Positions 9,974 to 20,643 of a DNA stretch of 64,000 nt are shown here, piece after piece. The position numbers and the translations under genes were made by a program. The stretch's first letter is position 1. Each line of letters starts with the position of its first letter. The notes under the pieces are model-generated. The model made no database searches. It saw only the letters and a list, made by a program, of their open reading frames with translations, and was not told the DNA's origin. The stretch comes from Cenarchaeum sp. GTDB lineage: Archaea > Thermoproteota > Nitrososphaeria > Nitrososphaerales > Nitrosopumilaceae. The DNA lies in the NCBI GenBank assembly GCA_963693095.2, contig OY843768.1:128001-192000 (forward strand). Reading direction: 5' to 3'.

Positions 9974-11061
9974 ATCGACTCGATCGCCCTCATAAAGTGC
10001 ATGTTCTCCTGGTGCGTGCTCACCGATATGCGAATGTGGTCATCACCGAGGCCGCCAAAGGACGCACAGTCGCGCACCAGCATGCCCTTCTCCAAAAGCC
10101 TGTCGCGAACCTCGCGTGACGTGTGCCCGCTCACCCTTACCAGGAAAAAGTTTGCCGCGTGATGGCGCGTGCACTCAAACCCGTCGATCATGTCTATCTC
10201 CCTGCGCAGGTAACGCGACTCTTTTTGGCATATTGCGCGCAGCTTTGTGATGTGTGCGGCCTTTGACCTTGACACAAGCAGCGGCGTTGCGGCCCTGGCG
10301 ACTTCCTGGGCGATGCCAGAGACGGTCCACGGAATCCTGGCCTCGCGAAGTGCCGATGCCATGTGCGCGTTGCCGATGCCATACCCGACGCGCACGCCGG
10401 GAACGCCAAACGTCTTTGTGTACGAGTGGACCACATAGAGATTGTCACAGTCGGCCACGTCCCCGATGACAGACGCCTTGCGCGACGGGAACTCTATGAA
10501 CGCCTCATCCACTAGTACCTGCGCGCCGACCTTTGATGCGGAGCCGACGATCTCGAGGATCTCCCTGCGCTCTAGGAGCTCGCCAGTTGGGTTGTTTGGG
10601 TTGCACACATAGACGCACCCGCCGTGCGGAATCTTTGAGACCAGTCCGCCAATGTCCTCGCCGAGCTCCATCGTGGCAAACTCCTCTACGCGCGCGCCGC
10701 ACAGCCTTGCCGCTGAGGCATACTCGGAGAATGTCGGGGACTGCATGAGCACGCCCATATGCGGCGTGACTAGCGCCCTGGTCCAGTCATGGATGAGCTC
10801 GGATGCGCCGCAGCCGAGGACGACCTGCGCGTCATCGACCTCCCTGGCGCCTGCGATGAGTGAGCGCAGGGCAGCATAGTCGGGGTCCGGATATGAGAGC
10901 GACGCGTCGACCCCGCGCTCGATGGCCGTGATGACCGGCCCGGGCGGCCCGAGGGGGCCGACGCTGGAGCTAAAGTCCATGACGCTGCGCGCGATCCCCC
11001 CGCGCACCGAGTGCGGCCCGCCGTGCTCGGCCCGCGTGTGCGTGAGAACCTCCCTTCGCAT
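9970..11061 (-). CDS. cobD: Threonine-phosphate decarboxylase (PLP aminotransferase class I/II)
   Basis: HGG, YPDP, CNPNNPTG, DEAFIEF, SYTK.FGVPGVRVGY and VRDC motifs; cobalamin operon context. Confidence 0.85.
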   Translation of the reverse strand: MRREVLTHTRAEHGGPHSVRGGIARSVMDFSSSVGPLGPPGPVITAIERGVDASLSYPDPDYAALRSLIAGAREVDDAQVVLGCGASELIHDWTRALVTPHMGVLMQSPTFSEYASAARLCGARVEEFATMELGEDIGGLVSKIPHGGCVYVCNPNNPTGELLERREILEIVGSASKVGAQVLVDEAFIEFPSRKASVIGDVADCDNLYVVHSYTKTFGVPGVRVGYGIGNAHMASALREARIPWTVSGIAQEVARAATPLLVSRSKAAHITKLRAICQKESRYLRREIDMIDGFECTRHHAANFFLVRVSGHTSREVRDRLLEKGMLVRDCASFGGLGDDHIRISVSTHQENMHFMRAIESI

Positions 11062-11182
11062 AGTCACCGGCCGCGCGCGAGCCCTCCCCGTGTTTAGACT
11101 TTTGTGCCTGCGCGCGGCCCCCCACGCCACGCCGCCTGGCCTGAATAACGGTTATTAACGCGCCCGGGTTCACTGGCGCAAC

Positions 11183-12262
11183 ATGAAAAAGCGGGTCGCC
11201 ATAGTCGGCGTCACGGGAATCGTGGGCCAAGAGTTCGTCCACGCGCTAGACGAGCACCCGTGGTTTGCCGTCACGCAGATCGCAGCATCTGAGCGCAACG
11301 CGGGCAAGACGTATGCCGAGGCAGTCTCGGATGACCCAAGCGGCATCGTCGCCTGGGACGGGAGCGGCAAGATACCGGGGTATATCGCCGACATGAAGAT
11401 ACGCTCAATCGACGAGCTTGACCCGTCAGAGCTCGAGCTAGTATTTTCTGCAGTCGAGTCACAGGCCGCGCGCGACATAGAGACGCGACTCGCCGCTGAC
11501 GTTCCGGTGATCAGCACGAGCTCGGCGTACAGGTACGAGACTGACGTGCCCATACTCATACCGGGAATAAATGATGACCATGCCGAGCTCCTAGACGTGC
11601 AGAGCAAGAACCGCGGATGGAAGGGCTGGGTCGCCCCGTTGCCAAACTGCACGACTACGGGACTAGTCATCACGCTAAAGCCGCTTCGCGACTCGCATGG
11701 GGCAAACAAGGTGGTGATGACATCGATGCAGGCGCTCTCTGGCGCGGGTCGCTCGCCCGGCGTGAGCGCGATGAACATTACGGACAATATCGTGCCCTAT
11801 ATCCCAAAGGAAGAGGGCAAGGTTCGCATAGAGACGCGCAAGATACTCGGCACGCTAAAGGGTGACAGGATTGAAGAGGCAGACATTCGAGTCAGCTGCA
11901 CATGCACGCGCGTTCCGGTCATAGACGGGCACACCGAGTCGGTTCTCGTGGGAACCGAGCGCGAAATTGACGCAGAGTCAGCAAAGATGGCATATGACAA
12001 GTATGGCAAGGAGATATCGACTGTTGGCCTGCCGTCAGCGCCAGATGACTATTTTGCGGTCCATGATGACCCGATGCGCCCGCAGCCGCGCATAGAGCGC
12101 GACGTCGGTGACGGGATGACTACCACGATCGGGAGGCTAGAGGCAGATGACATGCTCGGCCACGGGATAAAGTACGTCCTCTTCTCGCACAACAAAAAGA
12201 TGGGCTCGGCCAAGGGGGCGGTCCTGCTCGCCGAGATGCTCCATAAAAAGGGCAAAATCTAG
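11183..12262 (+). CDS. asd: Aspartate-semialdehyde dehydrogenase
   Basis: GVTGIVGQ, PNCTT, QALSGAG, CTRVPVIDGH and SHN..MGSAKGA motifs. Confidence 0.96.
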   Translation: MKKRVAIVGVTGIVGQEFVHALDEHPWFAVTQIAASERNAGKTYAEAVSDDPSGIVAWDGSGKIPGYIADMKIRSIDELDPSELELVFSAVESQAARDIETRLAADVPVISTSSAYRYETDVPILIPGINDDHAELLDVQSKNRGWKGWVAPLPNCTTTGLVITLKPLRDSHGANKVVMTSMQALSGAGRSPGVSAMNITDNIVPYIPKEEGKVRIETRKILGTLKGDRIEEADIRVSCTCTRVPVIDGHTESVLVGTEREIDAESAKMAYDKYGKEISTVGLPSAPDDYFAVHDDPMRPQPRIERDVGDGMTTTIGRLEADDMLGHGIKYVLFSHNKKMGSAKGAVLLAEMLHKKGKI

Positions 12263-12309
12263 CGCACAATTGGGAATATTCCAAGAATAGACTTTTAAGC
12301 TCTCAAAAA

Positions 12310-12795
12310 GTGGACGCGCCGGTGTCATCGCAGGAAGGCGCAGACGATCTCGACATGAGCATACTGGCGGGTCTTGCCGCCGATGCGTCAGTCTCGGTTC
12401 CCACGCTTGCGCGCGACATTGGCACAAACCCGTCAGTCGTGTACTCTCGCATACGGCGCCTCGTAAAGAACGGCCTCATCGAGCGATACACCATAGTCAT
12501 CAACGAGCGCAACCTCGGCTATACGGTAAAGGCCCTAGTCGGCATCAACATGGACAGCCGCGAGCGCGATGCGATAATCGGCTCGCTTTTGGCGACAAAC
12601 GGCGTCGGGCGCGTCGCCGAGGTCACCGGCAGGTTTGACATACTCGTGACCGTGTATGCGAGGACGCTTGATGACATGCACGAGATTGTGTCCGAGCGCA
12701 TCGGCAAGATTGACGGAATTGTGTCTTCAGAGTCGTTCCTCGAGATGAAGTCAGTCTCCAAGGACATGCCGCACGTGACGGCGGGGGCTGCCTGA
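12310..12795 (+). CDS. Lrp/AsnC family transcriptional regulator
   Basis: HTH (VYSRIRRL..NGLI) plus EVTGRFDI RAM domain. Confidence 0.92.
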   Translation: MDAPVSSQEGADDLDMSILAGLAADASVSVPTLARDIGTNPSVVYSRIRRLVKNGLIERYTIVINERNLGYTVKALVGINMDSRERDAIIGSLLATNGVGRVAEVTGRFDILVTVYARTLDDMHEIVSERIGKIDGIVSSESFLEMKSVSKDMPHVTAGAA

Positions 12796-12796
12796 G

Positions 12797-13723
12797 TTGC
12801 AGAGGCAGGGTTCGGCCTCGCGCGTGGCCGTGTATTACGAGCTCACAAAGCCAAAGATATGGTACCTACTTGCGTTCACCGCCTTTGGCGCGACGATAAC
12901 TGCGTCCAACGTGTACGGTGTTGACGTGTCAGGCGTGACGTGGGCGCTCGTGCTCGGCAGCGTGATTGCAGGCTCTGCTGCTGCCAACACGCTGACAAAC
13001 TATCACGACAGGGACATTGACGCGATAATGGAGCGCACGCGCGACCGGCCAATCCCGTCAGGTCGCATAACGCCCGAGAATGCGCGCAACTTTGGCCTCG
13101 TCCTAGCCGTAATGTCAGTTGCCATGGCATTTGGAATATCGGCGACTACGACACTCGAGCAGGGCACGTGGGCCGCTGCGTTCATTGCATTCGGATTGCT
13201 CAACAATATTCTCGTGTACTCTTATGGGCTAAAGCGCCGCAGCTGGACCAACATTATCCTGGGGGGCATATGCGGTGGCTCACCACCCATGGTCGGCTGG
13301 GTTGCAGTAACAATGTCAGATCTCTGGACGATGGGCCTTGTCATGGCCGGCCTTGTCTTTATCTGGATACCGCTGCACATTTGGAGCCTGACGCTGCACT
13401 TTAAATCCGACTATAATGCAGTCGACGTGCCGATGCTCACTGCGGTGAAATCCGAGGGTGCGTCTGCGCGGATTATTGCGGCCTCGACGGTGATTATGGT
13501 GGCCTTTAGCGTCGTGCCGTTCTTTTTGGAGCTAGAGGGCGGCGAGCCGATGACCGGCCCCGTCTATCTCTGGACCGCGATTGCGTCTGGCGCACTCATG
13601 GTGGCACTCTCGGCGTGGGTCGTGGCGCGGCCGTCGGAGAGCTCGTCGTGGGTTCTCTTCAAGTTCTCTAGTCCGTACCTGGCAGTCCTGTTCATCGCCC
13701 TCATGGTGGATTCGGCGCTGTAG
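12797..13723 (+). CDS. ctaB: Protoheme IX farnesyltransferase
   Basis: ELTKPKI, DRDIDAIMERT..RPIPSG and W.PLH.W motifs. Confidence 0.95.
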   Translation: MQRQGSASRVAVYYELTKPKIWYLLAFTAFGATITASNVYGVDVSGVTWALVLGSVIAGSAAANTLTNYHDRDIDAIMERTRDRPIPSGRITPENARNFGLVLAVMSVAMAFGISATTTLEQGTWAAAFIAFGLLNNILVYSYGLKRRSWTNIILGGICGGSPPMVGWVAVTMSDLWTMGLVMAGLVFIWIPLHIWSLTLHFKSDYNAVDVPMLTAVKSEGASARIIAASTVIMVAFSVVPFFLELEGGEPMTGPVYLWTAIASGALMVALSAWVVARPSESSSWVLFKFSSPYLAVLFIALMVDSAL

Positions 13724-13819
13724 GGACTAGAGTCTGCAGTCACAAGACTGGCTATCGTGCATGCGACAACTCTAGTTTCGGTCTTGAAACGCGTCTAGTC
13801 CGGTCTCGCTGGGAGCCTA

Positions 13820-14919
13820 TACTGCCGATCAAAAGTCCGTGCCGCATTCCAGCGACGTCCGGCCCAGGTATGCCATCACGTCGAGCCGGTACCTCGTGTG
13901 CCTGAAGTGCCGTGACACCGCCGTCCGCATATCCACCATGGTGGGGTAGTGCTCGGAGACCAGCAGCGCCCGCTTTGCCTGCCGCCACACCTCCTCGATC
14001 GCGTTGAGGTACGGCGAGCCGGTGGGCAGCTCGATCAGCCTCACCGCCCTGTGGGCGCGAAGATAGTCCTTCACCGCCGCGGCCCTGTGCTGCGGCGCCC
14101 TGTCGACGATCACGGCGACCCTGCCGAACTTCCTGTGCATGTCGCGCAGGAACGCGACAAACGTCTCCGCATCGAACCTGTCGTGCACCCGGAAGATCTG
14201 CTTCCCGTCAGTGGAGATCGCGCCGTACACCACGACCCTCCTGTGTCCCCCGGTGTACGGGGCGACGACGGGGACGCCCACGCGCGACCAGTACTTTGAT
14301 CCGTCGGCTGCGCCGTGCACGGCGATGGTCTCGTCCTGCACCACGATGGTGAATCCCGCGCGCCTGAGGCGCCTTATCTCGCGCCGCACCCGGCGCCGCC
14401 AGCCGGCGACAGTCGGCCCGTCGGCCCTGTTCACGTGCACCAGGCGCGTCCGCTTGGCGGAGAGGCCGGCCCTGCGCATTATTTTCCTGACGTGCGACAT
14501 GTGGAACCTCACGCCGGTGGCCCGCTCGATCTCCAGCATGACCTCTGCGGGCGTGACGCGCCCGGGCATTCGGCCAATCAGGCGGCCAAGCTTCTGCCGC
14601 GCGACCAGCGGCGGCCTGCCGGGGCGGGGGCGGTCCCGCAGGGCCTCGACACCGCCACTCCGGTAGCGCGCGACCCACTTGCCGACCCACCTGGGGCACT
14701 GCACGAGCGCAAGTGCGACCTCCTCGCGCGTCATCCCCAGGTTCTCGTGCATGTTGACCGCGGCAAACCTGTACCTGACGTCGCCGTCCCTCTCGTCGCG
14801 GAGTGCCCTGCGGAACGCTTCCAGCTCTTGGCCTTCCATGCGGGGCGTGGGGAGGGGCGATCCATATAGCATGCGGGTCGGGAAAGTTTGATCATGGCAC
14901 GAACTTTTGCTCGTCAGTA
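13820..14919 (-). mobile_element. IS630-family insertion sequence, about 1100 bp
   Basis: Imperfect TIRs TACTGCCGATCAAAAGTCCGTGCC and the reverse complement of TACTGACGAGCAAAAGTTCGTGCC; flanked by a TA duplication that restores a CTAG target. Confidence 0.92.
13829..14872 (-). CDS. IS630 transposase (intact single ORF)
   Basis: HTH with RPRPGRPP; DDE triad QDE / VDRAPQH / SPYLNAIEEVW; start placed at the first ATG inside the TIRs. Confidence 0.93.
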   Translation of the reverse strand: MLYGSPLPTPRMEGQELEAFRRALRDERDGDVRYRFAAVNMHENLGMTREEVALALVQCPRWVGKWVARYRSGGVEALRDRPRPGRPPLVARQKLGRLIGRMPGRVTPAEVMLEIERATGVRFHMSHVRKIMRRAGLSAKRTRLVHVNRADGPTVAGWRRRVRREIRRLRRAGFTIVVQDETIAVHGAADGSKYWSRVGVPVVAPYTGGHRRVVVYGAISTDGKQIFRVHDRFDAETFVAFLRDMHRKFGRVAVIVDRAPQHRAAAVKDYLRAHRAVRLIELPTGSPYLNAIEEVWRQAKRALLVSEHYPTMVDMRTAVSRHFRHTRYRLDVMAYLGRTSLECGTDF

Positions 14920-15050
14920 TAGCTCTTATCCTCAAACTCTTCCGGGAGCTCGGCTATGTATCATAGTCTGAGAGGGATATGCCTACGGCTGGAACGCTTA
15001 TCACGACGATCTATCCCTGATATTTCAGTAGATTGGATGTGTAATGTTTT

Positions 15051-17759
15051 TTATCGATCAGCATACTTTTTGATTATGATGTGAACATCATCTGGATCAT
15101 ACGCTACGTCCCACTCCCATTTACCAAACCTACCATCTGCATTCACTGTTTCAATCCATTCTTTCAATGCATCGTGTTTTTTTGTAGTTTGTTCATTATG
15201 TTGTCCTTTAATCTCTAAAATTAACGTGACGTTATTTTCTAGCTGGACAAGATAATCAGGATTATAATCATGAATCTCTCCTTTAAATTGATATTTCACA
15301 TTGAATCCAGATATGTAGTTTTTTACCCATGAGATGACTCTTTCATTTTTGTCTAATTCTTTGCTAGCTTGCTCTTCCCATTTATTATCGCATGGGCTAG
15401 GATTAATATGTGATTTTGTTGCGTTGACAACTTTTTTTGTAGTGTACCATGCTTGCATATCGTTAGTTGATTTTTGTTGTTTTGTGTTGCCAAAAATTAT
15501 TTTTTTATATTTTGTGTTATCAGCTCGTATGAAATCATGTATGTATATGACAATAGTTTTCATGTTGAACATGATCGCTAATTGTTTTCTTATTTTTAAC
15601 TTATCAGTTAAATTTAAAAATTTAATTTTATCTAATTCGATAAATTTCTCAACAATTTTAACAATTTGAAAAAAAAGATAGTTCTTATTTCCTGACCATT
15701 CTGGGATTGTTATATGATCATAAATATCACTTACAGTCTGGAAAATTATTGTTTGCATTCGTAATTTGTTGTAGGATTTCTGCAATGTTATCTCTGAAGC
15801 ACGACTAATGTCTAATTTTGAATCTAGCATTGGGGCTACGTGTATAGTTGTGGTGACTTTTGATCTAATCCTCAATGTTGAAACTTTTTTCCAGTTGATT
15901 TTTAAAACTGGTGTGATTATGGTTTCGATTCTAGCTATGTTTGGCCAGCTTATCTCGTGTTGAATATTGATTGGATCACACGCTATGCGTGTTTTCGTCT
16001 TTTCCTTTCGAATCTTACCTGGTGTGTTCTCATGTGGCAGAAATGAAAACGGTACTCCGAGTATATTGACATATTCTTTATCTAACAAACCAGTTTCAGG
16101 ATCTATTTCATATGATAAGCGGCGTAAACCTCTGCCTACCACTTGTTCACATAAAAGTTGACTAGTAAATGCACGTAACCCCATTATGTGAGTGACATTT
16201 TTTGCATCCCATCCTTCAGACAGCATTTGTACTGCAATAATATTCATTATTTGTTCTCCGGGTTTATCTTTTTGACCCACCGTGTTGATTATTTCACGAA
16301 TGGCATCAGTTTTAGCAGATTGTTTTTCCCCACGTTCAGATTTTAAAACACTTGTATCTATACGACACATTCTATTTTCATCTGCCAGTTCCCCAAATTT
16401 ATATATACTATTCTTAAAAAAATGTACTACTCTGGCTGATGTATGTACACTATTACACACAGTAATCATTACTGGGATTATATTTGATTTTTTCAGCTCT
16501 TTTCGTTTCATCGCCCAATCATTTCCGAGTAATATGTATGCATTACGGACTAAATCGGGTAGTGTCGTTTCGGGTTTTTTTGCGCCTTTTAGATCGCTTT
16601 TTACTTTATCATTGTCGTATATATGATAATATTTGGAACGATCTCCATACTTGAGTGATTTGCCATCATCACCTGCAGGCATACGTGGAGTTTTTACAAG
16701 GCCAGATTCTATAGCATCGTTAAGTGAAAAATCAGAAATTATCCATTTGAATAAAATATCATCGTTTGGCTTATTTTTGCTTGGAATAAACGGCGTAGCT
16801 GTAAAATCAAAGCATGTGACAATAGTTCGTGCTCTATCTAATTTATCAAGTCCTTCGATCCATAATGTGGCCATCATCTCATCCATGTTTGATTCAAAGT
16901 CTGATTGTTCTTCATAGTCATTTTTAAGTTTTCTCCAAGCATGATGTGCTTCATCATTTATCACTATTATGTTATCATAATTATGCTCCAAAATCCTTTT
17001 CGCGAATGCTTCATCGCTTTCAACTCCTCTACGAACCACACTATGAGGTTGATCTTCTGCTGGTTTCAGCGTGTGCCAATTATGAATTTTTAATTTCCCA
17101 TGTCTTAGATTTTCATACATTGAATCTGGTATTATCGAATAAAGATGGTAATAACTGTTTTCTTGATCAGGTGGCCATAGCACTTGCAGTCGTGATTTTA
17201 CAGTAAGTCCTGGAGCAACAACCACAATGTGTTTTGAAAATCTTTTATCTTGTGGGTATGACACTTTGTTTAATATTTGCCATGCGATTACCATTGCCAT
17301 TACTACTGTTTTCCCTGTCCCCGTTGCCATTTTTGAACACAATCTTTTGAACAGTCCACCATCAGTGCCTAGCCCGAGTTCCTTTTTTTCTGATTCGGGA
17401 GACTCTATCATCCAAATTATTGTTTCTATAGCTTCTAATTGACAAAAGAAAAAACGATGTGCTTGACGCATAGATGGATCGTTCCAAAACTCTAGGAGTT
17501 GCCTTGTTATTCCTGTGACCCCGGGATAACCTTTGTCTCTCCATCGATCTACTCGCTCTCTTATGATATTTACAGATTGTATAGGATAAAATGCGCCAGG
17601 ATCATCAATAGAATTGTTTTCTGGAGATGCAATTATGTATCCTGCTGGCCTCCTTTTTCCAACAATGCGTTCGGGCTTGCGTGTCTCGAGATTAAACTTC
17701 CAGTACTCTTTAGGTTTTTCATACGGGTTGCATATTATCAATTGATCGATTTCGTCCAA
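15051..17759 (-). CDS. res: Type III restriction enzyme Res subunit
   Basis: KMATGTGKT, NDEAHH, TATP, LSEGWD and QVVGRGLR motifs; C-terminal PD..EIKG nuclease motif. Confidence 0.93.
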   Translation of the reverse strand: MDEIDQLIICNPYEKPKEYWKFNLETRKPERIVGKRRPAGYIIASPENNSIDDPGAFYPIQSVNIIRERVDRWRDKGYPGVTGITRQLLEFWNDPSMRQAHRFFFCQLEAIETIIWMIESPESEKKELGLGTDGGLFKRLCSKMATGTGKTVVMAMVIAWQILNKVSYPQDKRFSKHIVVVAPGLTVKSRLQVLWPPDQENSYYHLYSIIPDSMYENLRHGKLKIHNWHTLKPAEDQPHSVVRRGVESDEAFAKRILEHNYDNIIVINDEAHHAWRKLKNDYEEQSDFESNMDEMMATLWIEGLDKLDRARTIVTCFDFTATPFIPSKNKPNDDILFKWIISDFSLNDAIESGLVKTPRMPAGDDGKSLKYGDRSKYYHIYDNDKVKSDLKGAKKPETTLPDLVRNAYILLGNDWAMKRKELKKSNIIPVMITVCNSVHTSARVVHFFKNSIYKFGELADENRMCRIDTSVLKSERGEKQSAKTDAIREIINTVGQKDKPGEQIMNIIAVQMLSEGWDAKNVTHIMGLRAFTSQLLCEQVVGRGLRRLSYEIDPETGLLDKEYVNILGVPFSFLPHENTPGKIRKEKTKTRIACDPINIQHEISWPNIARIETIITPVLKINWKKVSTLRIRSKVTTTIHVAPMLDSKLDISRASEITLQKSYNKLRMQTIIFQTVSDIYDHITIPEWSGNKNYLFFQIVKIVEKFIELDKIKFLNLTDKLKIRKQLAIMFNMKTIVIYIHDFIRADNTKYKKIIFGNTKQQKSTNDMQAWYTTKKVVNATKSHINPSPCDNKWEEQASKELDKNERVISWVKNYISGFNVKYQFKGEIHDYNPDYLVQLENNVTLILEIKGQHNEQTTKKHDALKEWIETVNADGRFGKWEWDVAYDPDDVHIIIKKYADR

Positions 17760-17762
17760 ATC

Positions 17763-20335
17763 TCATGGCTCCATAATTCGTAATGTTTCTATTCCTCTGT
17801 CATCAATTATTTTAACTGCAATTTTTTTATTTGTTCCCAATTTAAACGGTATAGATAATATTCCTGAATATTTCTCCAACAAATATTCTTCAACATATGG
17901 TTTTAATGTTTTTGCTATTTTATTCCATGAGCTTTGTACATCCAACATTGGAAAAAATACTTGTTGTGGGTATATGCTTCGCCCATCATAATCTGTATCT
18001 AACATCCACATAGCAATACGCGTTGGATCGCCGGGTTCAACCTTATTTGTTATTGTATTGTAATAATCAAACTCCTTAACCATTACTTCCCATTCATTTT
18101 TTTTCTTTTTAAGCTCCACGTCAGGTTGACCTATTAACATGAATGATTCATTTTTTATTTGTTTATTTTTTAAATCACTCGTAAACAAATCGCCATTTAT
18201 CTGAGCTTTTAATATTACAATACCGGGCCATCTGAGTTCGTCTATGTCTTTTGCTGCTTCGGGATCAAACTGCAACGCTGCAAAAATCACCATTGCGGGT
18301 TTTTCGCCTAATTTACGAACCTCTTGTATCGCATTTTCAACCTGACGTTGTTCAAGAGGTGTATGTGCTGATCCAAACGATATTAAAACAGTTTTTGTTT
18401 CCTTTTCGTTTGTTTTAGCTTTTGCATGTAACCACCTGGTTGTTGGATGTGGATCTACACTTAGAAATTTTATTTTTTGCTTGTTTTTACCAACAATTCC
18501 AGTTTTTAACAGCTCTTGGCGCCAATCAGACTGTCTTTTACTTTCGTTGTTTTCTAGATCTGATTCTTTATATTGATTAACATACATTAGATCTAATGAC
18601 TTGGACGTTGGTGATGGTACTGCCTCTACTGTGAACGGGCCTGATACTCTCGTCTTTGACGAATCTTTGTCTGGACAATCGTACAAAATTACATTGTTGG
18701 GTTCTTCATCATGTGATATTGATTTTTGAGTTATTTGTTGTATTTTTTTATATGAAAATCCAGCATCAATACCTTGGCCGGGGTTTTCTAATTTATAATA
18801 TTTATAAGTCGCAGTCATTAATCTTCTTTTTGTTAATGCAATTGCCACGCGTGATGTGTCACATGTAATCCAACGTCTCCCAAATTCTTCTGCTACGAAT
18901 GCGGTTGTCCCAGATCCGCAAGTAGGATCTAATATGAGATCACCTGGATCGCTAGTCATCAATATGAATCGACGAATTACTTTAGCTGTGGTTTGAACAA
19001 CATATATCTTGTTTTCAAATCCCCCACTACTTGTGTCATCCCACATATTCTGGAGTTCGGCGTATTCAAAATCATTGAAATAGCGCACATATGATAACCT
19101 GTTACCATTTTTCATAATTCGATTTTTTGTGATCAAGTATTTCATGCCTTTAAGTGATGCCTTCCAATGACTATGCTGACCAGGTGTGAACACTTCACCG
19201 TCAAATATGAGAGAATCGTCACTCTTTGACTTGCCCGGAGATGTTGTGGCAGCAAGCCTATAAATTTTTGATTCTGATGGTATGCTAAGTGGGTTATCTC
19301 TTTGCTCCTTTGTCATTCTTATACGTTCGCCCTCTTTTAATTCTAAATATTTGTAATTCGGATCGTTGATGGGCAATTCTTTTTTTGTATACAGTTTGTG
19401 AGATTTTAACAGTTTTTTATTTTTTGCATACCATACAATATAATCAAACACCACTGAAATATGCGTACTTGTAGAATTTGATGTTTTTCTAAATGAGATC
19501 ACGCTTACAAAATTCTCATACCCAAACACTTCATCCATTATTATGCGTACATAATGCAAATTATCATCAGAAATTTGTACCCCACAACTTCCAGTTTCAT
19601 TTAATAGCTCTTTTGCTAAAATTAACCGATCGCGCAAGTATCCCAAGTATGAATGAATTCCATGCTTCCATGTGTCTCTAAATGCTGTCACCATTTCTGG
19701 TTCCTGTGTGAGATCATCATCATTACGATCTTTAACATTCATTTTATTTACAAACGGTTGAAAGTTTGACTTATATTCAATACCGTATGGCGGATCTATG
19801 TATATTGTTTGAATTTTTCCTGCAAAATTTTCTTTTTGTAATAGGGAGTTCATAACTAACAGAGAATCTCCGGCAATTAATCGATTTGACCAATTATGTG
19901 AATGTTGATAAAATTGCAATGCTTCTCGTAACGGAAGATTGTATTCATCATGATCAAAATGAAGGGTAATTTTTTGTTGGATGTGAGTCTCTGGCTTCAG
20001 AATTTTATCAATAATTGTTATAGGATCAATACGTTCATGTTGATGTAGCGACACTGTATCGATTTCAAAATTTCCATCTTTTTGCTTCTCAAACCAGACT
20101 AATACCGGGTCTAAATGAGGGTCATATTCGTATTTGGTTGGATCATGATCACGATCTGTGTTGGGATCAACAAGCCCTACGGGTGGGTTATTTGGTCGTG
20201 CGCTACTGTGATAATACTGCTGAATGCGTTCTCGTAGCTTGGGTTCTGACTTTGATGCTTTTGTGGCTTTATTTTTTGACTTTTTGCTGGGGGGGGGGGT
20301 CGTCGTGTTCCTATTTTCGTTTTAGTCAACGGCAT
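17763..20335 (-). CDS. mod: Type III DNA methyltransferase Mod, frameshifted at a C11 tract (putatively phase-variable)
   Basis: IYIDPPYG and DPTCGSGTT motifs; the frame stays open upstream of the 20054 GTG (YYH..RPNNPPVGLV..YEYDPHLDP) as far as the poly-C; the ATG at 20335 is in frame only with C9 or C12. Confidence 0.88.
20289..20299. repeat. G11/C11 homopolymer tract in the 5' coding region of mod
   Basis: Eleven consecutive G on the + strand inside an AT-rich island. Confidence 0.9.
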
Positions 20336-20643
20336 ACCCCCACTATAACCACACGGCTTGCGTTGTTATATGTAAAACACATAGTGTTGACATACTTATA
20401 GAGTTGAGTGCTCCAATAGCATTCTTTCTGGGTCATTGCTAACGCCCACTCGCAAGTTATTTTCTATATATAGGTACCAGCGCATATTGGTCATATTCAC
20501 TGTGTTTTCTACAGGGTGGATGTGATTCTTCAGACGACTATTATTTCTGGCGTATTCTATGGTTTTACGTTTTGTCTGATCTGCCAGGGTAATAGTTCTG
20601 TACGCCTAGGCATTAATATGGCTCCCACCCGACGCCCGCCTGA

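Noticed and set aside
14873-14935. ORF-track N-terminal extension of the transposase
   Set aside because: It extends beyond the IS terminal repeat, so the true start must be internal.
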